From Alloascoidea hylecoeti (taxonomy: Eukaryota), in assembly GCA_001600815.1 (NCBI GenBank), contig BCKZ01000007.1, forward strand, positions 434,001 through 498,000: a stretch of 64,000 nucleotides of DNA, in the 5' to 3' direction. Positions 1-12,400 of this stretch are shown one piece after another (position 1 is the stretch's first letter; the number at the start of each line of letters is the position of its first letter). The translations under genes were made by a program, and so were the position numbers. Under the pieces are notes generated by a model, which was given only the letters and a program-made list of their open reading frames with translations, ran no database searches and was not told the origin of the DNA.

Positions 1-913
1 TGAAAGATTAACAAGAGAAATAAAATATAATTGAATCTTGTTAATATGTTGAACAAAGTATGATGATCTCTCTCTTTTGCGTTCCTTTCCAATTGATTGA
101 GTTGATTAGTATTTCATCATTATGAATATAAAAACAAATACTATTTACGTTACCCGGATTATCACAAATCGATACCCAAATTTAAGATCATATATATCAG
201 TGTAATTGCATTACAAACTTATAAAATAAATGAGTGAACATCATGATCATTATGTATCATTTATAAAATTATATCCATCAACATTTACTTAAAATATAAT
301 TAATATATTACAGTAATGTTTAATTAAGTTTAAATCATTGCAATTGAATTTCATAATATCAGTAAATTCTCAGACTAACGTTATTATATATATTTAATAA
401 TAAAAACTATCACTACTGTTCACTAGTCAATCCCTTGTTTTTAGCATAGGTCATACCGTGAATCAAATGGAAAATGATGGGATTACAGATAAAATATATC
501 AAATAAAAATAAATATTAAAAATTAAAAATTAAGAAAAAAAAAAAAAAAAAAAACTCATGATTATTATAGTCATTAAAGGACAAAAGCACGTATGTGTGA
601 ATATACCAAAAAAGATAATAATTAAGATAAAAAAAGGCATTTAAAATAAGATAAAAAAAAAGGCATTTAATATAAGACAAAAAAATTTAAAAGAAAAAAA
701 TAAAATATAGGCTTGGGTAAATAAAATAACGCAAACATGATAATCACATATAATATAGTGAGCTATAATATAGAAGAGACCTAGAAAAAGTTAACACTTC
801 ACACGGAACAATACTAATATGTCTTGATATGATTAGCATGATATGCTACGAATCACGTAGAGTTTGAGATTTTAAATTTTAAATTTTAAAGCATTTTTTT
901 TGGTTTGTATTGT

Positions 914-2492
914 TCACTTTGAAGGAACAGTAGAAGATTGTTCTGCTTCAATTTTTATATCATCATCAGTAACTTCTTCAATTTTTTCTGCATCTTCAGC
1001 ATCAGAATTATCAATCTCTTCAATCTCTGAAATATCACCTTCTGTACTATTAACATTAGGGTTGATACCCAATGAAGCCAACAAATCGGTAGCATTATGA
1101 GAATCTAGATAAATAACACCATTATCCTGTGTTAATGTAGAGTTTGCTAATAGACTCTGTAAAGTAATAGCATTTACATTTGGATCTTCATTCTCAATAT
1201 TTCCATTTGAACCACTAACACCTTCTTCATTTATCATTTCCCTTTCTCGCTCTTCATCTAATTTTTCCTCTGCTTCACGTAATTGTTGACCATAATTTTG
1301 GATTTCTTCAGGTGTCATTTTTGGTGCTACAGGACCATCTCCAGCATCAACCCGTTTTCTAATAGTTTCATACCATTCTTCTTTTGTTTGTCTATTAAGC
1401 AAAGCAACAATCACAATAGACATATTATCACATCCGATTCCACTAAAACTGCTAGCTGGTGCTAAACAAGTATCCAAAACAGTTTCAGAAATCTCAGCAA
1501 GAGATTTGCCTTCAGCGATTTCACGTCTAATAAATTCAACAGCTTGTTGAGAAGAAAGACAATCCCAAATACCATCACAAGCAAGAATCAAAAATTCATC
1601 ATCTGGAGTAATGTCATGAACTATAATATCAGGAAGAACGGTAACAATTTGTTCTTCAGCAGGCAATTCAGAATTTTGTTTATATTCAAAATCACCAACT
1701 GCTCTAGATAAGGCCAGATTACCATTGACACGTCCAACTTCCACATAACCACCGGCGGCAGATATTCTTGCTCTTTCACCTTCATTTTGAGGTTTATGAT
1801 CATAAGATAATGGTTTAGCAGTTCCTTTTATTCCCAATACAGTTCTTGAATCACCAGCATTTGCACAGATGATTTTATTGTCGGCAATGATGGCAGTAGT
1901 AGCAGTGCATCCACTTTCAACATTCTTCGTGGCTTCATCGGATAAAATTTGTTGATCTGTTTTTAAAAAACCTTCTTTAAGAGCAGTCACATAATCTTTT
2001 TTAGAAAATGCTTCTTGTCTTGTGACTATTTTATGAAGGTTCTCACCACTGTAAATTGCAACCTTATCATCTACAAAGTCATGCAATTAGTAAACGTAAT
2101 ATAAATACTTAAATTTTTTTTTTAAAAAAAAGATGAAAAATGGGTGAAAAAGTGAAGGGGAAAATACATACTGACATGACCATCGTAAACGGCAAAAAAA
2201 GCGGTTCTTTCTTTTGGAGGTTTTGATTCTGTCGACTCGCCGGGCGCTTTCAAATCCAAAATAGTGGTGTGTGCGTCTTCCATTGTGATCCTCCATCCTT
2301 GCATGCAAGAGAGACCATAGATAAAGTTTTCATCGCCTCCTTCTTCAGTTTGCTAGATTGGAACCTACAGTTAGTCTTGGGTCCTGAAATTCCGATCATT
2401 CTTGGATCTAACGGAGATCTGAAGAAAAGAGTTAAAATTTATGTCAAAACACGTACTTTATTTGTGACTGGCTGCGACAAGATCTGACCCAT
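914..2492 (-). CDS. PTC2: PP2C protein phosphatase (Ptc2/Ptc3 family), 3 exons: 2492-2457, 2352-2172, 2070-914; 457 aa
   Basis: Exon 1 [18 protein letters not shown]; exon 2 ...[15 protein letters not shown]...AVYDGH; exon 3 [43 protein letters not shown]. Introns 2456-2353 (GTACGT..GACTAAC..TAG) and 2171-2071 (GTATGT..TACTAAT..TAG) restore the frame. Confidence 0.93.
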
Positions 2493-2889
2493 GATTGATG
2501 TGAGATAAGGTAAATAAAGTAATACTCAAAAAGCTTCGAAATCCGAATAGACTTGCGGACCAAAGATATAATTGACTTGTAGAAAAGAGCAAATTTTTTT
2601 GCATGGAGAGAGTCTGGTGTGTGGATGTTACGTGTTCTTGGATCTTGAAAGCCGACGTCACCTGCCATGAACAAGTCAATTCGCTCCATCGGACGGGCCA
2701 AATCTGTTCATCACGAGACGGTGTGTTTCGTCTGCTTGGGGACATTCGCCCTCCCGTCCCCCCTCGTCCTGTAGTGTGTGGTGTGTGTCACGTTGGAGGT
2801 GTAGGGTTGCTCGTCTCCAAATATGACATGTCTAATTATAAGCTACCTGTATATTTATACTATTTTTTCCCTCTACGTTAGAGCCAGGC

Positions 2890-3525
2890 ATGCCAAAATC
2901 AACCACACTCATGTCTCCAGATACATTCACCCTCGTGGCCTCCTGCACGGTATCCCTCATAACAGGCTATGTCATAGGAACTATTTGCCCTTCTCCATTG
3001 AAATATTCCAAGAAAAGACTACACCGATCACGGAAACCCTTCGAAAAATCATCTTCTCCTACAACTGAAGAGTCATTATCTGAAGAATTATCTGAGGAGT
3101 CGGAATCAGATTATGAAGAAGAGGACATAGATTCAACTTCATTGAACGCAATTCCAGGTGAAGTGAAAATGGTGTTGGTAATTAGAACGGATCTTCAAAT
3201 GGGAAAGGGAAAAGCTGCTGCCCAATGTGCTCATGGTGCTCTCGCCGCCTACAAATCTATTTCAACACAAGGGACTCCCGCTTACAACCCAACCCTACTG
3301 AAAAGATGGGAATTGGGAGGACAGGCCAAAATAACATTAAAGGCAGAAAGTGAAGAAGCATTGGATATATTATTTGCTCAGGCTTTATCTTTAAACATTA
3401 ATGCTAGAGTTATTCATGACGCGGGAAGGACTCAAATTGCAGCTGGATCAGCCACCGTTTTAGCAATTGGACCTGCTCCAAAAGCTATATTGGATCAAGT
3501 TACTGGAAGTTTAAAATTATACTGA
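2890..3525 (+). CDS. PTH2: Peptidyl-tRNA hydrolase 2 with N-terminal membrane anchor
   Basis: KMVLVIRTDLQMGKGKAAAQCAH, W...GQAKITLK, DAGRTQIAAGSATVLAIGP, VTGSLKLY; divergent from PTC2. Confidence 0.96.
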   Translation: MPKSTTLMSPDTFTLVASCTVSLITGYVIGTICPSPLKYSKKRLHRSRKPFEKSSSPTTEESLSEELSEESESDYEEEDIDSTSLNAIPGEVKMVLVIRTDLQMGKGKAAAQCAHGALAAYKSISTQGTPAYNPTLLKRWELGGQAKITLKAESEEALDILFAQALSLNINARVIHDAGRTQIAAGSATVLAIGPAPKAILDQVTGSLKLY

Positions 3526-3615
3526 TTTTTACAAATGAAATGAAACAATAAATAATTGTGTCAGCTTATTACAAACTGAAATAAATTAAACTGAAAAAGT
3601 CTACTTCTAATTTCT

Positions 3616-4464
3616 TTACTCATTTAATTTCCATCGTTGAACAACTACTGCGTTGATTAATCCAGCATCTTTGATAGTTTGTTTTCGGTCTTCAAGAACC
3701 TTCATAGGAAAAGTAGTTGCCAAAGTGTACTCTCTAGAGCTTGTAGCTTGACTATCAATATATTCATATAACTGTTCAACTGGACCAGAAGCAAATACCT
3801 TTCTTATAACTCTTCTACCATCTGCTAATCTTAGTTGAACTGTACTGTCGCCATCTCCTTGGTCTGGCTTAGGTTTTGGTTTCTCGGCTTCCTTTTCTTT
3901 CTTAATCTGAGAAACTTGTGGAGTTTCCGTTATAATCTCTCCTGGAACAGGGGATCCAAGTCTATGACCTTGACCTTGGTAACCACCAACACGTCTTTTA
4001 GCTGGAGTCCAGTCTTGATCGATTTTACTCGATACTTTAACATCAACTCTTTGTCCTTCTTTGATATCTAATAATACCAATGGAGCTCTTCCTTTTTGAA
4101 ATTCTTGTAAATAAGCACGATTATTTGGGTCTTCATATGAATATAATGGTCCATCTCCAATTGTGAACCCATTCTTATAAAATGTGATCAATCTTTCAAC
4201 TTTAGGTAAAGGTTCATTACCAGCTTCAGGATCAGGGATTTGTTCTGATGGAGTTGATTCATCCCCTAATCTAAAACCCACTCCACTAAATTTTGATGTT
4301 TTTTGTCCTTCACCATCATCTGAATCCACCTCTTGAGCAGTTTGTTGTGCTCTTTTAAGTAAATCATCAACAATTCCTAATGTTCGTTTATGACGTGAAT
4401 TTGGTTTTTCTACAGCCAATGCTGATTTTTCTCCACCAGTATAATAGTTCTTTTCATCATCGTT

Positions 4465-4495
<31 letters not shown>

Positions 4496-4986
4496 GCTTT
4501 AAAACTTGAAAGTCTTCATTTAAAAAAATAACGTTAGAATGAAAAAAATAATAAGAATGCTTTTGGGATTTTTAATATTAAACTTACTTGGATTGACTTA
4601 CTGATGATGCTCCGACTCCAGAAGTTGAGTCACCATTAAAATATGATTCAACAGCAGCCTAAATTTGTTATTGTTAGATTAATCAATTTAATTTATCAAT
4701 TAATTTAATTAATGAATAAATTGCCACTTGATTTTAAAATACAATTGAAATATTTTGATACAATTAAACAAATAAAAAAAAAGTAAATAAAAATAAAATA
4801 AATGAGAAAAGAAAAATAGGAGCGAAGACAAGCAATACAAAAAAATCGTATATTCTTTAAATTTAATTGATGGTTACTTACTTCAATATTCCAATTAGAA
4901 CTTTCCAAATATGCTTTTGCTTCCTGAGGTGAAGAATTCGTAATTGAGATAAATGTTTGAGTTTTCTTATCTTCTTCTTCGGTCAT
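3616..4986 (-). CDS. SHP1: UBA-SEP-UBX Cdc48 cofactor (p47/Shp1), 3 exons: 4986-4882, 4658-4588, 4513-3616; 357 aa
   Basis: UBA-like FISITNSSPQEAKAYLESSNWNIE-AAVESYF; YTGGEKSALAVE; SEP domain ITFYKNGFTIGDGPL; SHP boxes FSGVGFRLG and YQGQGHRLG; UBX VQLRLADGRR...TTFP...IKDAGL. Introns 4881-4659 (GTAAGT..CTAAC..TAG) and 4587-4514 (GTAAGT..CTAAC..AAG). Confidence 0.93.
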
Positions 4987-5085
4987 TTTTCTACTTAATT
5001 TTCAACTATGTCAAGTTCTAAAATAAAAATATACAAGTCTGATGATGTGAAATTGAATGGTGTTAGGACTTGCCGTCGAATTGGG

Positions 5086-5093
5086 CCGGGTAA
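5086..5093. promoter_or_regulatory. Reb1-type site CCGGGTAA upstream of SHP1
   Basis: Exact match to the yeast Reb1 consensus 100 bp upstream of the SHP1 ATG; same motif at 24000-24007 and 150-157. Confidence 0.45.
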
Positions 5094-7658
5094 ACTTGTA
5101 GTTTCGAATATTAATTCCTTAATTGTGGACACGTTCGAGGAAAACATTTTCAATGTTAATTCCAATCGGAGATGCTTATTGAATTCTTATAAACCGGGTC
5201 TTTCTCAAAAGGAGAAGTCATTTTGAAAATCCCATATTCACCGTTTTTATTTAAAATATAAACAGCCGCATCCGTTGCAAGGTTTTCGTTCCCTTGTTTT
5301 TAAACCTATTAGTGCGAATCCGATATAATTTTGGATTGTTGTTTCTGTTGATGGAGAATAACCTTGAATTGTTATTCAAATGATGATGATAAATTAAATG
5401 ATATTTAGCGATTATATAATCCTTGGAAAATTAGATAACAGACCCTTAAACTTTTTAGTTTTTATATGGTTATAAATGGATATGAATTATTATCTTTACT
5501 CTGAGTTTGAACCAATTTAAATATACAATTACGAGAAATAAAGGAACTAGCTTGTTACGATTCTAAAATATTGACTAATATTGACATCATATCTTTATAA
5601 TAGGGAACCTATGATTGAAACTATTAAGCTAATTTTTGATCAGCAAGGCCTAATCATCTATTTTAAGAAGTAGCCGAATTAAGTGAAATGACTATATAAT
5701 TACCAACTAGTACTGCAAAGGGTCTGCCGATCAACTAAGCTTATTATAGATAAGCGTGTTTAAAAAAAATATTTGAGAAGTGTTGAAACTTAAATAAACC
5801 AGTAGATGCTTACTTAGTCTACCTACTACTTGTGTCATTCTTAAATGAACCATCAGCTCATGAATCCCTATTAGGGCTTGACCGTTACGACCAGGGCATC
5901 GAGTACTACTGGGTGAAAAAATTCAATATCAAGGTCAACACATGCTAATCAGATCATTGTATTAGGTATAACAGCACAGAAAGTTCATGACAAATGAAGT
6001 GAACGTACTAATTCGTCGCATCGGGACGATAGCTTTGGACAGTTACTTGGTTCTGTTTTGTGAAAAATTGAACATATTATCCACATGTCTTTTTTGGCGT
6101 TTAGATCATAGTCTTTCGTTTATTTACACAACATTTTGGGGTAGTTATTTACAACCACTAGAATAACCAGGTGTTTGTGTAAGTAACCTAAATAGCTTTA
6201 TATTTATGTTTATTCATTTGTATTTTCAACCAAAAACGACCGCTAGCTATTGTTAAACTTAATGAAACAATTAATTCACAACTAATAACATACGTACTTT
6301 AAGAAGATGTAATGCAAAGTGATATATACGGTACAGAGTAGCAAGACATCTTTCAACTTTTAACAATACTTTATCTCGGTTCTGCTAACCCTTTTTCCAA
6401 CGTTTAGAACATGTATATTGAAAAGCTAAATGAGGCTATTGTAATTCTATTATTTAACAAGATGCTGAAAATAATAGGAGCTATATAAAATGGATGTTTG
6501 AGGGAACTCAAAACAAGGGATTCAAAATTAAAATCATTATATCATAGTAAAATTTAAACAAATAGTAAATTCCGATATTATATCTACATAGAGATTATTG
6601 CTACAGTGAATCAATAACTACATCAACCATATACAATCATAATAATAATGCGGTATTCACATGTTGTCGATAACAGTGTGGAGGTTTTGAGGATTCATGA
6701 TCCGATCTTTAGCCCTGAAGATTCCATTATTAAGCTGTTTACTCCATACTGTTAGCGTTAACTTTATATGCACAATACTGGGGAATCTTGATGACGAAAT
6801 TCCACAGCTGATTATAATATAAAATGTTAATCGGCTTTCATATGCAGTGGCTTGAGTTATGTTTTATAATGAGTATTAAGTATGGAATTATAAACTGAAT
6901 TGGAGGTTTTGATTTAAACAAATAGGAATATGAGCACTCATAAATGCAGGTGAGCTAGACATGTGCATGATATAGCACCTTAAAAATGTACCAGCAAAAA
7001 AGTTATGACGCGAAGATGTGTGTTTCTCTTATACCACAAATTCAAATTTTTTTCCTTATTTAGATCATTAGTACGTTTTGTGGTTCTTTTGTTGAATGAA
7101 TACTAGCTATGTATATTGTGGTGGCGCTGTCTCACAATATTAGCTTGATCTCTCAAGTATAAGTTTATATAGAAGATCTGATCCAAATCCCATTTTAATG
7201 AAGGCGGAATATGAACAAGAGTCGTGGTATATAAAAATTCAAATTTTATAGTTTTCACAATTAATATTGGTGTCTCTCGATTAAAAATAAATCGATATAT
7301 ATATATAAAACATATTATAACTTACAATGCAACAAATTGAAAATTTAATTGATCCCTGAAAAATTTTGTAAATATTCCGCCAAACTTGATTAGAATATAG
7401 TTCCAAAGAATTAATTCAAACTTAAAAACAATCCACACCCAGATATTGTTGATAACTGCGCAAAAATATTAAGGTTATGGTACATATCTTCATCGAAAAT
7501 TTGGAGTAACATATGACTAAACTTACGTTTCTACGTATATTCAAAATGAAAGAGGATTGAAAACCCCATATTATGAAATTCAAGCTTCCGAATATATAAG
7601 AAATATATCTTCCCCCAAATTTTGGGTCAATTATTATATCTGGTTCTTAATCTATACA

Positions 7659-9491
7659 ATGGTCAGAATCTCAACTATAATTGGTTTCATAGCAGCTTCG
7701 AGTGCTGCCCTAGTAAGTGCTGGACCTTCACCATATGCTCCAAAACACGTTCCATGCCCCCCAGACTTCCAATTTGTTCGTAAAGCAGACTCACTCAGCA
7801 AAGGTGAAGCTGATTATGTTAAAGGTCGTCATCAAAAGACTGATGCCGCTCTTCAAGACTTTCTTGAACGTGCTTCATTGAAAGATTTCGATGCTGCTAA
7901 GTTTCTTGACGATGCCAATTCTTCTATTAACATTGGTCTTGCCTTTTCTGGAGGTGGTGATAGAGCCATGTTGGTCGGTGCTGGTGAAATCGCTGCATTG
8001 GATAATAGAACTTATGGAGCTGCTGAATGGGGTCTTGGTGGTTTACTTCAAGCATCTACATATATAACTGGTTTATCTGGTGGGGGTTGGTTACTTGGTT
8101 CTTATATTTTTAATGATTTCCCTACTACTGATGATATTTTGAAACCAGATAGTGGGATCTGGAAGATTGATGGTCCTCTCACAGCCCCTCTTGAATGGGC
8201 ACCACCAAACCTTTTAAAACTTCTTAATCGTGTTAATAGTGATATTCAGGACAAATTGGATGCAGGATTTCCAGTTACTGGTAATGATCTTTATGGTTTG
8301 ATCTTAGCCGTCACTTATTTTCCAGGAGAACACAATGGTATCAATCAAACTTTCTCCGGACTGAGAGATACAAGACTTTATCAAGAGTTTGATATGCCCT
8401 TTCCTATCATCATTGGAGACGGTAAAAAGCCAGGACAATTGGTCATCGACCTTGACTCTACTATCCTCGAAATGACCCCAGTTGAATTCGGAAGTTGGGA
8501 TCCTTCTCTTCGTTCTTTTGCTGATATCAAATACTTAGGTACCCAAGCTCTTAACGGACAAACTAATAATGGTACTTGTGTGACCGGTTTTGATAATGCT
8601 GCCTTCCTCTTAGGTGTTTCATCATTTGTTTCTGAAATTGGTCTTGAAAGTATTGCATCAGTCTTAAAGGGTAACACATTAGAATGTGTCAGTCACATTC
8701 TTTCACTTCTATCAGCCGGTACCGGTGACTTACTCTCTGCAGAGTTTAAACCTAATCCTTTCCTAGGATTCAATAATGATGATAATATCTTTAATAATGA
8801 AGAGAAACTTTTAGTTGTAGATGGTGGTTTGGACCAACAGCAAATTCCAATCGTGCCTTTACTTCAACCAGAGAGAGAAGTTGATGTTCTTTTTGCCTTT
8901 GATAATGGTCAAGATATGCCATGGGGAGCTCCAAATGGAAATTCTATGGTTAAAACCTATATGCGTCAGTTTTCAGAGTTCAGTTCTCAAGGAGATCATA
9001 GAGGTTTCCCATATGTCCCTACTGTTGAAGGATTCGTTCTTGAAGGTCTCACAAGAAAACCTACTTTCTTTGGCTGTGATGCAAAGAACTTGACAAGTTT
9101 AGACTCTGATAGAACTCCCCCATTAGTAGTTTATATTCCAAATTCATTTTATACATATCCTTCTGACTTTCAATTAGGTGTCAAAACAGATTATAGTGAT
9201 TTTGAAAGAATAGGAATGGTTCAAAACGGGTTTGAGATTGCATCTTATGGTAACCTTACTATTGATAGTGGTTACAAATCTTGTATTGCCTGTGCTTTGA
9301 TTAAGAGAGAACAAGAAAGAAGAGGTGAAGAACCAACAGAGCAATGCAAACAATGTTTCTCTGATTACTGTTGGAGCGGTAAAACAATTGAATTGCTACC
9401 TGAAGGTCTGCCTATACCATTTGATCTCTTTCCAAAGCATACAAGTACACTAGGAGTTCCAGTTTCAGCTACACCTACAGCTACAGCTTAG
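7659..9491 (+). CDS. PLB1: Secreted lysophospholipase / phospholipase B, 610 aa
   Basis: Signal peptide MVRISTIIGFIAASSAALVSA; YAPKHVPCP; AFSGGGDRAML; catalytic GLSGG; EFGSWDP; VDGG; RKPTFFGC; CIACA; CKQCFSDYCW. First ATG 7659 (track start is TTG). Exact PLB paralog is not resolvable. Confidence 0.93.
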   Translation: MVRISTIIGFIAASSAALVSAGPSPYAPKHVPCPPDFQFVRKADSLSKGEADYVKGRHQKTDAALQDFLERASLKDFDAAKFLDDANSSINIGLAFSGGGDRAMLVGAGEIAALDNRTYGAAEWGLGGLLQASTYITGLSGGGWLLGSYIFNDFPTTDDILKPDSGIWKIDGPLTAPLEWAPPNLLKLLNRVNSDIQDKLDAGFPVTGNDLYGLILAVTYFPGEHNGINQTFSGLRDTRLYQEFDMPFPIIIGDGKKPGQLVIDLDSTILEMTPVEFGSWDPSLRSFADIKYLGTQALNGQTNNGTCVTGFDNAAFLLGVSSFVSEIGLESIASVLKGNTLECVSHILSLLSAGTGDLLSAEFKPNPFLGFNNDDNIFNNEEKLLVVDGGLDQQQIPIVPLLQPEREVDVLFAFDNGQDMPWGAPNGNSMVKTYMRQFSEFSSQGDHRGFPYVPTVEGFVLEGLTRKPTFFGCDAKNLTSLDSDRTPPLVVYIPNSFYTYPSDFQLGVKTDYSDFERIGMVQNGFEIASYGNLTIDSGYKSCIACALIKREQERRGEEPTEQCKQCFSDYCWSGKTIELLPEGLPIPFDLFPKHTSTLGVPVSATPTATA

Positions 9492-12400
9492 GGAGGTATA
9501 TCGTCCTTCTTGTTGATATGGATTTAAAACTAAGACTTGCAATGTTTTCTACTTTAAAATCTTTGCTTTTTTATATAAACATATTTATGTAAAAGTATGT
9601 GAAATAATATATGTAATTATAATAGTCAAACAAAATAATATGATTAATAATTTTATGATAAAAATAGGGATTCGAAAAGTACAAATCTAAATATTAATTA
9701 CCATTACTAGTTAAAACTTTGCCCGATATTGCAATTGGCAAAAGTTAACAAAGATAAAGGTAATAGTTAATATCAAACAAAGTAAAAGTCATAGAAGTAG
9801 AGTATTATTTTTAAAGAATACTTAATTCCTACACAGCTTTAACGCTGCAACTTATTGTTATATGTAAGGTAAGTATTTAAATCTGATATAAATAATAATC
9901 AGCTGTTGGAGCTTTTAGACAACAATATGCAACTACAATTCGGAAGAAGATCCCAAGAAACTGATCATGTTAGAAGAATGAAATTTATTGTGATTATACT
10001 GTATTGTATATTGCATTTGATTGGGCTTGTACTGCAATATAAATATAGGAATTCAACCCTACAAATACATTTTTCTCCAATTCCTTCTCTTATTTTTTTT
10101 TCTACATAACTAATCGATTGGGTTTAGCGTACAATTTCCAGATTCTTTGATTCTGATATGTAAACAAATGATCACATTTAGTCTTCCTAGCTTTATTCAT
10201 TACTAGATAACTATAGGACATGTACACAAAATTCTTTAAATTTATGATTTTTTTTTACAATTGTAAATTTTAACATCAATATCTTGAAATAAGACATTCA
10301 TCATTGAAATTTCTAATAATATTTCTGTAGTCATCTACTGAATCTGAGTAGCTGGTACTATAATTACAACTGTCAGAGAGATAAAAATAAATCTGGAAAT
10401 TGGTTATTATACTATTTAAGCTATTTATCCTCTCTGTATCTTATATATATGTACATGTATATAATGAGTTGGAGTCATTTATAACGCATATGAAGATCTA
10501 AAGTTGCCCATTACGTACTATAGCTATATTTATTTAAATTGTGTTAATACCAAATTCAGTAAGGAGTATATTAGAGATAAATGAAAACTATAAAATTTAT
10601 TTAATCAAAGAAACCCAACTTTTTTTTGAGGAATTTCTTGGGTACTACGTACACATATGACTGAATTTTTCAACAGCTATAAATATCTTTAGTAATTTTA
10701 GAATACTTTTCGGACCTACTTTTAGAGTTGATGGTAATTTCGAGCTTAACAGGAACAGAATAGTATGAATCATCTTCATCAGAATTAATACTAGAATAAA
10801 ATGAAGATGACTTTTCAGTTTTGTACAACAATATAATCTGAAATGGAACACTTATGCATTGTTGAGTACTTGATGTTCTTGCATATTTTCAAACTGCTGC
10901 TTTGGGGTATCTGCATATTCTGTTTCTGGAAATTCTGGAATGTCCTATGCTAAACATTTAAATATCTCTCGTTTCCCTAATTATTTCACTTCTTTACCAT
11001 CTCTCTTTTTACTTAATACTCCTTGAATTTTGATGGTCATATTATTATAACTTAGCCATGAAAAAAATAAGGCAATAACAAAATTCATAATCAATATTTA
11101 AGGTTGTTCAGTAGAAGGTAGGTTGAAAATACGAGTGAGTTAAAGAAAAGAGGAGTTTGTGTCAAGAAATAATCACCCATTAAATGGTTTTTAGAAGACA
11201 GTTCTGTTTCAAAATGCAAAAATGGACAGACTTGTCATTTTCAATTTAAAGATTTTATCTTTGGGATAAAGACATGTAACAAATACAGAACGTACAGAAT
11301 TTATTAGTTTTGAAATATTTTTGTTAGAGTTCTGAATATCTATTATAGATATACGTACCTATATATTACATTCGGAACTAGATACCTCTTTTGTATCTGG
11401 TGACATTGTTAAACAATAGTTATTATCTGTATATTATTATATATATCTCTCTTTTATAAAACAGGTAGAAATAACTGACTATATATTAAATACTAAACAT
11501 CGAGGCTCATTTCATATCACAACGAAAATAAACCTTAATCCTTTATATCTAACATATTATCAATTATAATTAATATGAATTAAATCAAATTGTAAACATA
11601 TAATAAATTAAAAATTATATTTATTCATGCCTATTGTATATTAATTGTAATTCTTGCAATTGCAATTGGTTTATACTCCAAGTTAAACATATCCAAATCT
11701 TCAGAACCCCCACGTTCCCCAGGCTAAACTGCATCATTTATTCAAGCTTACTGGTATAACATGCCTTATATGTTTGATCAGTCCATCTAGTTAGGGTCCG
11801 GCATCAACGTGAGGCCGATTCCGATCATAGGTTTATCAGGTCAATTTTTATTTAATCTTATGGCATCGGGATAAGTTAATGGTTCAACAAGATGCTTATT
11901 TTCTTCGGTAATATTTCTGATCCATAACCGGCTCAGCCATTTTTAAAGTTTAGGATCCTCTGACATAGAACGAAGAAGGGGTGATCAGCAGACATTTAAA
12001 ATTCATGGATTATCAATTTGATCTTATATTGTATTTTGATATATATTATTGAAGTTCATCTTTTAATAAACTTGTTGTAGGGACTTTGAGCTATAGGCCT
12101 GGCCTAAGCATGATCGTAAAACCATGTCACCTATAAGTTCATCAACATCAATAACATATGTAACTGTTATATATCACAAGTTATACCATATGATCAGCTT
12201 TAAAGGTTAAACACTAATAAACAATTAATGAGTACGTTATACATCTACCCCAGGAAAACATCGTTTATTATTATTTAACATAGTATATGTATATAAAAAT
12301 GTAATGAATTACAAAATCAAAGAGATGCAAATTTTTGGAAAAAATCCGGAGGATCTCTACATTCCTAAGCGTTTCGAAGTTCCCTCAATAACAAAGCCGC

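Noticed and set aside
620..690. Short tandem repeats and microsatellites (TAAGATAAAAAAAGGCATTTAA here, GTCTCCTCAGAGA at about 37158-37190, GATCAT runs, GAT runs)
   Set aside because: Ordinary slippage products with no sign of function.
900..1803. Short antisense or alternate-frame ORFs overlapping real genes (here and within PLB, DUF1, PRC1, globin, PDB1 and others)
   Set aside because: Shadow frames of the true coding strand with no independent motifs.
7557..7658. TTG/GTG-initiated N-terminal extensions in the ORF track (also 15653, 29202, 30873, 34931, 60100, 61544, 61561)
   Set aside because: Bacterial-style starts; in this eukaryote the first ATG gives the expected signal peptides and N-termini.
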